Of a stretch of 64,000 bases of DNA, positions 20,143 to 32,915 are shown piece after piece. The stretch lies in the NCBI RefSeq assembly GCF_055900595.2, contig NZ_CM148325.1; one strand, 5' to 3'. Numbering within the stretch: the first letter of the stretch is position 1; every line of letters starts with the position of its first letter. The notes under the pieces were generated by a model. That model searched no databases. It saw only the letters and a list, made by a program, of their open reading frames with translations, and was not told the DNA's origin. The position numbers and the translations under genes were made by a program.

Positions 20143-21348
20143 ATGTTTCATCTCGATACTTTAGCAACGCTTGTTGCTGCAACGCTGACGTTGCTGCTCG
20201 GGCGTAAGTTGGTCCATTCCGTCTCCTTTTTGAAGAAATACACCATACCGGAACCTGTTGCGGGTGGTTTGTTGGTGGCGCTGGCGCTACTGGTACTGAA
20301 AAAAAGCATGGGCTGGGAAGTCAACTTTGATATGTCCCTGCGCGATCCGTTAATGCTGGCTTTCTTCGCCACCATTGGTTTGAACGCCAACCTTGCCAGT
20401 CTGCGTGCCGGTGGGCGCGTGGTTGGCATCTTCTTGATTGTGGTTGTTGGTCTGTTGGTGATGCAAAATGCCATTGGCATTGGTATGGCTAGCCTGTTAG
20501 GGCTTGATCCGCTGATGGGGCTGTTGGCCGGTTCTATTACGCTTTCCGGCGGTCACGGTACGGGCGCTGCGTGGAGTAAATTGTTCATTGAACGTTATGG
20601 CTTCACCAATGCGACGGAAGTGGCGATGGCCTGTGCAACGTTCGGTTTGGTGCTGGGCGGCTTGATTGGCGGTCCGGTGGCGCGCTATCTGGTGAAACAC
20701 TCCACCACACCGAACGGTATTCCGGATGACCAGGAAGTCCCGACGGCGTTCGAAAAGCCGGATGTGGGCCGCATGATCACCTCGCTGGTGCTGATTGAAA
20801 CTATCGCGCTGATTGCTATCTGCCTGACGGTGGGGAAAATTGTTGCGCAACTTTTGGCTGGCACTGCTTTTGAACTGCCGACCTTCGTCTGTGTACTGTT
20901 TGTTGGCGTGATTCTGAGCAACGGTCTGTCAATGATGGGCTTTTACCGCGTCTTTGAGCGTGCGGTATCCGTGCTTGGTAACGTAAGCCTGTCGTTGTTC
21001 CTGGCGATGGCGCTGATGGGGCTGAAACTATGGGAGCTGGCTTCGCTGGCGCTGCCGATGCTGGCGATTCTGGTGGTACAGACCATCTTCATGGCGTTGT
21101 ATGCCATTTTCGTCACCTGGCGCATGATGGGTAAAAACTACGATGCGGCAGTGCTGGCAGCGGGTCACTGTGGTTTTGGCCTTGGTGCAACGCCAACGGC
21201 AATCGCCAACATGCAGGCAATCACCGAACGTTTTGGCCCGTCGCACATGGCGTTCCTGGTCGTGCCGATGGTTGGTGCGTTCTTTATTGATATCGTTAAC
21301 GCGCTGGTGATTAAACTGTATTTGATGTTGCCGATTTTTGCGGGTTAA
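20143..21348 (+). CDS. gltS: sodium/glutamate symporter
   Basis: 401 aa, polytopic; GltS family; synteny with recG/xanP. Confidence 0.9.
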   Translation: MFHLDTLATLVAATLTLLLGRKLVHSVSFLKKYTIPEPVAGGLLVALALLVLKKSMGWEVNFDMSLRDPLMLAFFATIGLNANLASLRAGGRVVGIFLIVVVGLLVMQNAIGIGMASLLGLDPLMGLLAGSITLSGGHGTGAAWSKLFIERYGFTNATEVAMACATFGLVLGGLIGGPVARYLVKHSTTPNGIPDDQEVPTAFEKPDVGRMITSLVLIETIALIAICLTVGKIVAQLLAGTAFELPTFVCVLFVGVILSNGLSMMGFYRVFERAVSVLGNVSLSLFLAMALMGLKLWELASLALPMLAILVVQTIFMALYAIFVTWRMMGKNYDAAVLAAGHCGFGLGATPTAIANMQAITERFGPSHMAFLVVPMVGAFFIDIVNALVIKLYLMLPIFAG

Positions 21349-21457
21349 TTGATGAAGCGGCGGTATAAGTGCCGCCGCAACAAAGACAAATGTCTGATAT
21401 GCTTCGCTTATCAAGTCTGCGTATTGATTCACAATTTATTGAATTTGTAGTTTTTTT

Positions 21458-21493
21458 GTAGGACGGATAAGGCGTTCACGCCGCATCCGGCAG
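21458..21493. repeat. REP (repetitive extragenic palindromic) element
   Basis: GTAGGACGGATAAGGCGTTCACGCCGCATCCGGCAG matches the E. coli REP consensus; a short hairpin plus T-run immediately follows at about 21515-21538. Confidence 0.6.
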
Positions 21494-21536
21494 GAAGGTA
21501 GGGTAACCTGAAATGGCGGTTTCTCACCGCCGCCTT

Positions 21537-23618
21537 TTACGCATTTGAGTAACGTTCTGTTTCTGGCATCCAGCGTTCTATCAGGGCTTTTGCCTGCTGT
21601 GGGTAACGTTCGTGAATATGGCGTGCCAGGCGCTGAACTTCCGGGATCATCGCCTGATCGCGCAGCAAATCCGCCACTTTAAATTCAGCATTACCCGTCT
21701 GACGCGTGCCTAACAATTCGCCAGGGCCGCGAATCTCCAGATCTTTTTGTGCAATCACAAAACCGTCGTTACTGTCGCGTAGCACTTGCAGGCGGATTTG
21801 CGCGGTTTTGGAGAGCGGCGTTTTGTAGAGCAGCACACAGTGAGAAGCCACCGCGCCACGACCTACACGCCCACGTAGCTGGTGCAACTGCGCCAGACCC
21901 AGACGCTCCGGGTTTTCGATGATCATCAGGCTGGCGTTAGGCACATCAACGCCGACTTCAATAACGGTCGTGGCAACCAGCAGGTGTAACTCGCCTTGTT
22001 TAAATGATGCCATGACGGCCTGCTTCTCGGCTGGCTTCATCCGTCCGTGTACCAGGCCAATATTCAACTCTGGTAGCGCCAGTTTCAACTCTTCCCACGT
22101 GGCTTCTGCTGCCTGCGCTTCCAGTAACTCTGACTCTTCAATCAACGTACAAACCCAGTACGCCTGACGACCTTCAGTCATGCAGGCGTGGCGCACGCGG
22201 TCGATAATGTCGTTGCGGCGGGTATCCGGGATAGCCACCGTCGTCACAGGCGTACGACCTGGCGGTAACTCATCAATGACCGAGGTATCGAGATCGGCAT
22301 ATGCAGTCATTGCCAGCGTGCGGGGGATCGGCGTGGCGGTCATGATCAACTGATGCGGATGGAAGCCCTGCTGCTGGCCTTTCTCCCATAACGCCAGACG
22401 CTGATGCACGCCAAAACGATGCTGTTCGTCGATGATCACCAGCGCCAGGCCGTTAAACTGCACCTGTTCCTGGAAGATGGCGTGTGTACCGACAATCATC
22501 TGCACCTGACCGCTGGCGATGGCTTCCTGCTGTGCCAGTCGTGCTTTACCTTTCTGTTTACCGGCGAGCCAGCCCACTTCGATACCGAGCGGAGCAAACC
22601 AGTTACGGAAGTTATTGGCGTGCTGCTCGGCGAGTAATTCGGTTGGTGCCATCAATGCCACCTGTTTGCCGTGCGCAATAGCACGCAACGCGGCGAGGGC
22701 GGCGACCAGCGTTTTACCGGAACCTACATCGCCCTGCACCAGGCGCATCATCGGCACATCCAGCGCCATATCGCGCTCGATCTCCGCCACCACGCGTGCC
22801 TGTGCGCCCGTTGGCTTGAACGGTAAGGCTGCGAGGAGTTTATTTTTCAGCGCGTCATTGGCGCTCAGCGGCTGGGCATGAAAACGCTGTGCTCCGGCAC
22901 GTAAGGCTAACATGCTGAGGTTATGCGCCAGCAACTCTTCCAGAATCAGCCGGCGTTGTGCCGGATGCTGCCCGGTTTCGAGATCGCTAAGCTGTAGCGT
23001 CGGCGGCGGGCGGTGCAAAGTGCGCAACGCTTCCGGTAGCGTCATCATTCCTTGTGACAGTTCCGGCGGCAGGAGTTCTTCAATGGCGCAGGTGTCGAGC
23101 AGATCCAGCGCCTGGTCGGTTAATTTACGCAGCGTGGCCTGCTTTACGCCTTCCGTAGTTGGGTAAACCGGCGTTAGCGTTTCCTGCAACTCTGGCATAC
23201 TGAGATCGCCCTGCACGCGGTATTCCGGGTGGATCATCTCTGCACCGTATTTACCGCGCTTTGCTTCTCCATAGGCCAGCACACGGCGGCCCGTCGCCAG
23301 GCTATTTTTCATTGCCGCGTTGAAATTGAAAAAGCGCATGGTGAGAATGCCGGAACCGTCGCTGATCTGGCAGGTCATCATCCGCCGACCGCCGAAGGAG
23401 ATATTGCAATTCAGCACTTCGCCTTCCACCGTGGCGTAAACGCCCGGCAGTAGTTCACCGATGGGGTAGAGATGGGTGCGATCTTCGTAGCGCAGAGGAA
23501 GGTGTAAGAGTAAATCCTGCACGGTATGCAGATTGATTTTCGCCAGCTTATTACTTTGCGCCGCGCCAACGCCCGTTAGCGAACTGAGCGGAACAGCATC
23601 TAACAGGCGACCTTTCAT
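21537..23618 (-). CDS. recG: ATP-dependent DNA helicase RecG
   Basis: 693 aa from MKGRLLDAVPLSSL; helicase motifs GDVGSGKT and DEQH (LVIIDEQHRFG). Confidence 0.9.
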   Translation of the reverse strand: MKGRLLDAVPLSSLTGVGAAQSNKLAKINLHTVQDLLLHLPLRYEDRTHLYPIGELLPGVYATVEGEVLNCNISFGGRRMMTCQISDGSGILTMRFFNFNAAMKNSLATGRRVLAYGEAKRGKYGAEMIHPEYRVQGDLSMPELQETLTPVYPTTEGVKQATLRKLTDQALDLLDTCAIEELLPPELSQGMMTLPEALRTLHRPPPTLQLSDLETGQHPAQRRLILEELLAHNLSMLALRAGAQRFHAQPLSANDALKNKLLAALPFKPTGAQARVVAEIERDMALDVPMMRLVQGDVGSGKTLVAALAALRAIAHGKQVALMAPTELLAEQHANNFRNWFAPLGIEVGWLAGKQKGKARLAQQEAIASGQVQMIVGTHAIFQEQVQFNGLALVIIDEQHRFGVHQRLALWEKGQQQGFHPHQLIMTATPIPRTLAMTAYADLDTSVIDELPPGRTPVTTVAIPDTRRNDIIDRVRHACMTEGRQAYWVCTLIEESELLEAQAAEATWEELKLALPELNIGLVHGRMKPAEKQAVMASFKQGELHLLVATTVIEVGVDVPNASLMIIENPERLGLAQLHQLRGRVGRGAVASHCVLLYKTPLSKTAQIRLQVLRDSNDGFVIAQKDLEIRGPGELLGTRQTGNAEFKVADLLRDQAMIPEVQRLARHIHERYPQQAKALIERWMPETERYSNA

Positions 23619-23623
23619 GGCGC

Positions 23624-24313
23624 TTACCCTGCTGCCTGCATAGTGGCCCACCAGTCAGCATCGGCTTCAATTTCGCCTTGCTGATTAACGTGGGGGTAGG
23701 GCAGGCCTTTGCGTTTTGCGACTTTCGCCAGCACCGGATAGCCGCCTTCAAACAGCAGGCGTTGTTGCTCCGCTTCCGGCAACATGCTGTTTTCCCGCAG
23801 ATACATGCCTGCGTTTTGCCGCTGGCGCTGGGCTTCGTAAAGAATAAGGGCTGAGGCAACGGAAACATTCAGCGACTGCACCATGCCGATCATCGGAATG
23901 ATGATGTCCTGATCCGCCAGGGCTAACGCTTCCTGCGTGATACCCGTTTTCTCCTGACCCATCAAAATACAGGTCGGGCGGGTGTAATCAATTTCGCGGA
24001 AATCGACAGCGTTATCAGAAAGATGTGTAGCCAGAATCTGCATGCCCTGGCCTTTCAGATGGGCGACGGCATCGCCAATGGTACGGTGCGTTTTTACCTG
24101 TACCCAACTGTTGCTGCCAGCCGCAGCCGAAGCCATGGTGCGCATCCGACTGCCAGGCCAGACAGCATGAACTTCATGTACGCCAACGGCATCTGCAGTA
24201 CGAATAATCGCAGAAACGTTATGAGGTTTGTGGACCTGCTCCATGCAGACGGTCAGATCAGGCTGCCGCCTGGCGAGCATTTCGCAGATGCGTGCATAAC
24301 GTGTTGGGTTCAT
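23624..24313 (-). CDS. trmH: tRNA (Gm18) 2'-O-methyltransferase, SpoU family
   Basis: 229 aa SpoU-type methylase; last gene position in the rpoZ-spoT-trmH-recG cluster. Confidence 0.85.
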   Translation of the reverse strand: MNPTRYARICEMLARRQPDLTVCMEQVHKPHNVSAIIRTADAVGVHEVHAVWPGSRMRTMASAAAGSNSWVQVKTHRTIGDAVAHLKGQGMQILATHLSDNAVDFREIDYTRPTCILMGQEKTGITQEALALADQDIIIPMIGMVQSLNVSVASALILYEAQRQRQNAGMYLRENSMLPEAEQQRLLFEGGYPVLAKVAKRKGLPYPHVNQQGEIEADADWWATMQAAG

Positions 24314-24319
24314 AAAACA

Positions 24320-26428
24320 TTAATTTCGGTTTCGGGTGACTTTAATCACGTCTGGCATCACGCGGATTTTGCGCATGATATTCGCCAGATGCACACGGTC
24401 ACGGGCAGTCAGACGAATAAAGGCGCTGTAGACGCGACCATCTTTTTCTTCTGTATTCAAACTTTGAATATTCGAGGTCGTGGTGTTAATTGCCGCCGTC
24501 AGGTTTGCCAGCGCGCCCTGATGATTGAACATCTCCACCTTGATTTCGGTGATGAACTCCTGTGCCGTCTCTTTATCCCATTCCACAGCCATAAATTTCT
24601 CTGGCTCTTTCTGGTAGCCACGGATGTTACGGCAGGATTCATGGTGGATCACCAGACCTTTACCGGGGCTGACGTGGGCGATAATCGGGTCGCCAGGAAT
24701 AGGGCGGCAGCATTTCGCAAAGGTGATCAACACGCCATCAGCACCTTTAATTGGCAGATGTCCGTGACTTTGGGTTGCCGGTGGAATGGAACCGTCTCCC
24801 TGCTGCAGATTTTTCGCGACCACCACGCTCATTGCGTTACCAAGGCCGATTTCGGCCAGCAGATCGTCAAGCGTTGCCAGCTTCATGCGGTCCAGCTCGC
24901 GCTGAATATTTTCCGGCGGGATTTCATTGAGCTTACGGCTGCCACCCAACGCGTGATTGAGCAGACGACGGCCCAGGCTTACAGAATCATCACGCTTGAG
25001 GTTTTTCAGCAACTGACGAATTTTGGCGCGCGCTTTCGAGCTAACGACAAAGTTCAGCCATGCGGCATTCGGGCGAGCGCCCGGTGCGGTAATGATTTCA
25101 ACGGTTTGGCCACTGGAGAGCGGCTGCGACAGCGGGTAAGGCTGACGGTCGACGCGAGCGCCCACGCAGGCATGACCGATATCGGTATGCACCGCATAAG
25201 CGAAGTCGACGGGCGTTGCACCGGCAGGCAGCTCTACAATGCGCCCTTCCGGTGTGAAAACGTAAATCTCATCCGGGAAGAGATCGGATTTAACGCTCTC
25301 GATAAATTCAAACGAACTACCGGCACTCTGTTGCAGCTCCAGCAGGCTTTGCATCCAGCGCTGGGCGCGGATTTGTGCAGTCGTGCTGGTTTCGCCGTGC
25401 TCTTTATAAGCCCAGTGCGCGGCAACACCCATCTCCGCCATCTGATCCATATCTTCGGTACGGATCTGGACTTCAACCGGCACGCCGTGCGGGCCAATCA
25501 TCGAGGTGTGCAAAGACTGATAGCCGTTCGCTTTTGGAATAGCGATGTAGTCTTTCACGCGACCCGGACGCGGCTTGTACAGGCTATGCATTTGCCCGAG
25601 CACGCGATAACAGGTGTCGGAATCATTGACGATCACGCGGAAGGCGTAGATGTCCATGATCGAGTGAAAACGCTGCTCTTTGAGCACCATTTTGCAGTAA
25701 ATCGAATAAAGATGCTTCTCGCGACCACTGACGCGGCACGGTATTCCCGCTTCCTGCAAACGCCCTTCGATTTCCGAGAGGATTTTTTGGATCATCTCTT
25801 TACGGTTGCCGCGTGCGGCTTTCACCACTTCTTTGATTACGCGGTAACGGTTGGGATACAGCGCCTCAAAACCCAGCTCTTCGAGTTCGGTTTTAATGTG
25901 GTGGATACCTAAACGGTGTGCCAGCGGGCTGTAAATTTCGAGGGTTTCACGGGCGATGCGGCGACGTTTGTCCGGGCGAAGTGAGCCCAGCGTGCGCATA
26001 TTGTGGGTACGGTCAGCAAGTTTGATGAGAATGACGCGGATATCCTGCACCATCGCCATAATCATCTTGCGAAAGTTTTCGGCCTGCGCCTCTTTCTTAT
26101 CGCGGAACTTGAGTTTATCAAGTTTCGACACCCCCTCTACCAGCTCGGCGACGCTTTTACCAAAAAGCTGTTCCATGTCCTGGTAGGTGGCGGGTGTATC
26201 TTCAATCACGTCATGCAGCAGCGCCGCCATTAGCGTTTCATAGTCGAGTTTCATCTCGGCCAGAATGCAGGCAACCGCTACCGGGTGCGTGATATAGGGT
26301 TCACCGCTTGAACGTGTTTGCCCCTCGTGAGCATCACGTGCAACGAGATACGCCTGCCGCAGACGCTTGATTTGGTCTTCCGGCAGGTAGGTTTGAATCA
26401 GTTGATTCAGGCTTTCAAACAGATACAA
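24320..26428 (-). CDS. spoT: bifunctional (p)ppGpp synthetase/hydrolase SpoT
   Basis: 702 aa; HD hydrolase domain (HDVIEDT), RelA/SpoT synthetase domain, TGS/ACT C-terminus. Confidence 0.95.
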   Translation of the reverse strand: MYLFESLNQLIQTYLPEDQIKRLRQAYLVARDAHEGQTRSSGEPYITHPVAVACILAEMKLDYETLMAALLHDVIEDTPATYQDMEQLFGKSVAELVEGVSKLDKLKFRDKKEAQAENFRKMIMAMVQDIRVILIKLADRTHNMRTLGSLRPDKRRRIARETLEIYSPLAHRLGIHHIKTELEELGFEALYPNRYRVIKEVVKAARGNRKEMIQKILSEIEGRLQEAGIPCRVSGREKHLYSIYCKMVLKEQRFHSIMDIYAFRVIVNDSDTCYRVLGQMHSLYKPRPGRVKDYIAIPKANGYQSLHTSMIGPHGVPVEVQIRTEDMDQMAEMGVAAHWAYKEHGETSTTAQIRAQRWMQSLLELQQSAGSSFEFIESVKSDLFPDEIYVFTPEGRIVELPAGATPVDFAYAVHTDIGHACVGARVDRQPYPLSQPLSSGQTVEIITAPGARPNAAWLNFVVSSKARAKIRQLLKNLKRDDSVSLGRRLLNHALGGSRKLNEIPPENIQRELDRMKLATLDDLLAEIGLGNAMSVVVAKNLQQGDGSIPPATQSHGHLPIKGADGVLITFAKCCRPIPGDPIIAHVSPGKGLVIHHESCRNIRGYQKEPEKFMAVEWDKETAQEFITEIKVEMFNHQGALANLTAAINTTTSNIQSLNTEEKDGRVYSAFIRLTARDRVHLANIMRKIRVMPDVIKVTRNRN

Positions 26429-26446
26429 GGGCGACCCGCTTTGTGA

Positions 26447-26722
26447 TTAACGACGACCTTCAGCAATAGCGGTAACGGCTTGTAATTCAGCGGCTTCCTG
26501 CTCTTGCTGTTCCTGGCGTTCGCGAACGTCGAGGATCTGGTTGTTGATCAGACCTTCTTCGATTTCGCGCAGCGCGATTACTGTGGTTTTATCGTTTTCT
26601 TCCGGTACCAGCGGATCCTTTCCGCCTACCTGCATCTGACGAGCGCGACGCGCGGCGACCAGTACCAGGTCAAAACGGTTACCAATTTTCTCTACAGCGT
26701 CCTGAACAGTTACGCGTGCCAT
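26447..26722 (-). CDS. rpoZ: RNA polymerase omega subunit
   Basis: 91 aa [29 protein letters not shown]..., canonical RpoZ. Confidence 0.95.
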
Positions 26723-26776
26723 ACTTAAAAAGCTCCACAGGTGAAGAAATGACTGGGCATGATACTGAAATCAGGT

Positions 26777-27541
<765 letters not shown>

Positions 27542-27565
27542 GATTCACTGCAATAAAGACGATTC

Positions 27566-27609
<44 letters not shown>

Positions 27610-27610
27610 T

Positions 27611-29954
<2,344 letters not shown>

Positions 29955-30205
29955 GGTTCTCTCCCTAAAAATCTGTCTGGCAGGGTAGCGATTTGTGCGC
30001 ATTGTCACGATTGAGATTTTTTAAGGTGAGAGGGAATTGATAACTTGTAGTTATGTGAAATTGTTATTTTCTGTAGTGTGAATGCATTATTCTGATTTCG
30101 TGATAAGTAAAATGCATTAGAAAAAGTATGGAGTAATTAAACGTGAGGACGAAACTATATGCGTAGCGCCGCTGTAATTTACAACGGCCTACGGAGATAT
30201 GTTGT

Positions 30206-31069
30206 TTACTCAATATTCTGGATTTGCTCGCGCATCTGCTCGATCAACACTTTCAGCTCGATGGCAGAGTTTGTCACTTCGGCATTGATAGACTTCGAGG
30301 CCAGGGTGTTTGACTCGCGGTTGAACTCCTGCATCATAAAGTCCAGACGACGACCAACGGCTTCTTTTTTCTTCAGAATGTTGTAGGTCTCTTTAACATG
30401 CGCTTCGAGGCGGTCCAACTCTTCGGCAACGTCAATTCGTTGTGCCAGCAGAACCAACTCCTGCTCCAGACGGTTGTTCTCCAACTGAACCTGAGCATCT
30501 TCCAGCTTAGCGACCAGACGCTCACGCTGCCATTGCAGGATTTCCGGCATATGGGCGCGGACTTTGACCACTTCGGCGGTAACGCCTTCCAGACGCTGCT
30601 CGATCAATGCTTTCAGCGCCTGACCTTCGGTTTCGCGCGCGACGATAAAGTCATCCAGCGTACCATCCAGCGCCGCGAGAATTTCAGCAGCAATCGCGTC
30701 GAGATCCTGCTCCTGGGCTGCCATCACGCCTGGCCAACGGAGAATATCAACCGGGTTGATTTCCCCTTCGTCACTCTGCATTTTTACCCAGTTCGCGGCA
30801 GTTACCAGCTGTTTAGCCAGTTTTTCGTTGAGGATCAGCTCACCTTGTGCGCTGACATCTGGCTCATAGCGCAGGGTACATTCCACTTTACCACGCGTCA
30901 GGCGAGAACGAATACGCTCGCGAACGACAGGTTCAAGGCTACGGAACTGCTCCGGCAGACGAAAGTAAGTTTCCAGATAACGCTGGTTTACCGAGCGCAT
31001 TTCCCAGGTTGCGCTCCCCCATTCACCCTTGATTTCACGCCGGGCGTAGGCGGTCATACTGCGGATCAT
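30206..31069 (-). CDS. yicC: YicC-family stress-induced protein
   Basis: 287 aa; YicC N/C-terminal domain pattern; divergent from rph-pyrE. Confidence 0.85.
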   Translation of the reverse strand: MIRSMTAYARREIKGEWGSATWEMRSVNQRYLETYFRLPEQFRSLEPVVRERIRSRLTRGKVECTLRYEPDVSAQGELILNEKLAKQLVTAANWVKMQSDEGEINPVDILRWPGVMAAQEQDLDAIAAEILAALDGTLDDFIVARETEGQALKALIEQRLEGVTAEVVKVRAHMPEILQWQRERLVAKLEDAQVQLENNRLEQELVLLAQRIDVAEELDRLEAHVKETYNILKKKEAVGRRLDFMMQEFNRESNTLASKSINAEVTNSAIELKVLIEQMREQIQNIE

Positions 31070-31195
31070 AGACGTTCCTGTTTATAAAAGGAGAGGTGGA
31101 AGGATTATAGCCATCGATGCCTTGTCAGGATAGGAATAACCGCCGGAAGTCCGTATAATGCGCAGCCACATTTGTTTCAAGCCGGAGATTTCAAT

Positions 31196-31912
31196 ATGCG
31201 TCCAGCAGGCCGTAGCAATAATCAGGTGCGTCCCGTTACCCTGACTCGTAACTATACAAAACATGCAGAAGGCTCGGTGCTGGTCGAATTTGGCGATACC
31301 AAAGTGTTGTGTACCGCCTCTATTGAAGAAGGCGTGCCGCGCTTCCTGAAAGGTCAGGGCCAGGGCTGGATCACCGCAGAATACGGTATGCTGCCGCGTT
31401 CTACTCATACCCGTAATGCCCGTGAAGCGGCGAAGGGTAAGCAGGGCGGCCGCACGATGGAAATCCAGCGTCTGATCGCTCGTGCATTGCGCGCCGCAGT
31501 AGATTTGAAAGCCCTCGGTGAGTTTACTATTACGCTGGACTGCGACGTACTTCAGGCTGATGGCGGCACCCGCACTGCTTCTATCACCGGTGCTTGTGTT
31601 GCACTAGCCGATGCCCTGAATAAACTGGTTGAAAATGGCAAGCTGAAAACCAACCCGATGAAAGGGATGGTAGCCGCGGTTTCTGTCGGGATTGTGAACG
31701 GCGAAGCGGTTTGCGATCTGGAATACGTTGAAGACTCTGCCGCTGAAACGGACATGAACGTGGTGATGACCGAAGACGGGCGCATCATTGAAGTGCAGGG
31801 AACGGCGGAAGGCGAGCCGTTTACCCATGAAGAGCTACTCACCTTGTTGGCGCTGGCCCGAGGGGGAATCGAATCCATTGTAGCGACGCAGAAGGCGGCG
31901 CTGGCAAACTGA
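31196..31912 (+). CDS. rph: ribonuclease PH (apparently full-length, 238 aa)
   Basis: From [30 protein letters not shown]; reads through to a C-terminus ending ...ATQKAALAN just before the pyrE attenuator. Confidence 0.9.
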
Positions 31913-31919
31913 TTTTTAA

Positions 31920-31945
31920 GGCGACTGATGAGTCGCCTTTTTTTT
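31920..31945 (+). promoter_or_regulatory. pyrE attenuator (intrinsic terminator hairpin + U-tract between rph and pyrE)
   Basis: GGCGACTGATGAGTCGCC hairpin followed by TTTTTTTT, 30 nt upstream of the pyrE start. Confidence 0.65.
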
Positions 31946-31977
31946 GTCTGTAGAAAAGTAAGATGAGGAGCGAAGGC

Positions 31978-32619
31978 ATGAAACCATATCAGCGCCAGTT
32001 TATTGAATTTGCGCTTGGCAAGCAGGTATTAAAGTTTGGCGAGTTTACGCTGAAGTCCGGGCGCAAAAGCCCCTATTTCTTCAACGCCGGGCTGTTTAAT
32101 ACCGGGCGCGATCTGGCACTGTTAGGCCGTTTTTACGCTGAAGCGTTAGTGGATTCCGGCATTGAGTTCGATCTGCTGTTTGGCCCTGCTTACAAAGGGA
32201 TCCCGATTGCCACCACAACTGCCGTGGCGCTGGCGGAGCATCATGACCTGGACCTGCCGTACTGCTTTAACCGCAAAGAAGCAAAAGACCACGGTGAAGG
32301 CGGCAATCTGGTTGGTAGCGCGTTACAAGGACGCGTAATGCTGGTGGATGATGTGATCACCGCCGGAACGGCGATTCGCGAGTCGATGGAAATTATTCAG
32401 GCCAATGGCGCGACGCTTGCTGGTGTATTGATTTCGCTCGATCGTCAGGAGCGTGGTCGCGGCGAGATTTCGGCAATTCAGGAAGTTGAGCGTGATTACA
32501 ACTGCAAAGTGATCTCTATCATCACCCTGAAAGACCTGATTGCTTATCTTGAAGAGAAGCCGGAAATGGCGGAACATCTGGCGGCGGTTAAGGCCTATCG
32601 CGAAGAGTTCGGCGTTTAA
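31978..32619 (+). CDS. pyrE: orotate phosphoribosyltransferase
   Basis: 213 aa from [13 protein letters not shown]; PRPP-binding motif [13 protein letters not shown]. Confidence 0.9.
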   Translation: MKPYQRQFIEFALGKQVLKFGEFTLKSGRKSPYFFNAGLFNTGRDLALLGRFYAEALVDSGIEFDLLFGPAYKGIPIATTTAVALAEHHDLDLPYCFNRKEAKDHGEGGNLVGSALQGRVMLVDDVITAGTAIRESMEIIQANGATLAGVLISLDRQERGRGEISAIQEVERDYNCKVISIITLKDLIAYLEEKPEMAEHLAAVKAYREEFGV

Positions 32620-32690
32620 AAATATGCGCTGCGCAGGTTTTTACTGTGCGCAGCGTGATGCGGTTTAAGATATCGTGTTAATCTGCTTTC

Positions 32691-32883
32691 GCCAGCAGTG
32701 GCAATAGCGTTTCCGGCCTTTTGTGCCGGGAGGGTCGGCGAGTCGCCGACTTAACGCCAGTAGTTTGTCCAGATACCCAAAGTCGCTCCATTGTACTTAA
32801 GTACGCTTCGCGTACGTCGCGCTGACGCGCTCAGTACAGTTACGCGCCTTCGGGATAGTTTGAGGGTATTGCCGCTGTTGGTG
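32691..32883 (+). ncRNA. retron msr-msd region (template/primer RNA for msDNA), bounded by a1/a2 inverted repeats
   Basis: a1 GCCAGCAGTGGCAATAGC (32691-32708) pairs with a2 GGTATTGCCGCTGTTGGT (about 32865-32882) at 17/18 positions when G-U pairs are allowed; internal palindromes (GTACGC-TTC-GCGTAC) fit an msd stem; lies immediately 5' of the RT gene. Confidence 0.6.
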
Positions 32884-32915
32884 CCTCTTTTGGTCGCCGT
32901 GATGTGGAGAGTGGA

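Noticed and set aside
24023-25912. 629-aa ORF on the plus strand
   Set aside because: Lies entirely antisense to spoT, which has unmistakable HD and synthetase motifs; long antisense ORFs are expected in GC-rich coding DNA. No independent RBS or motif.
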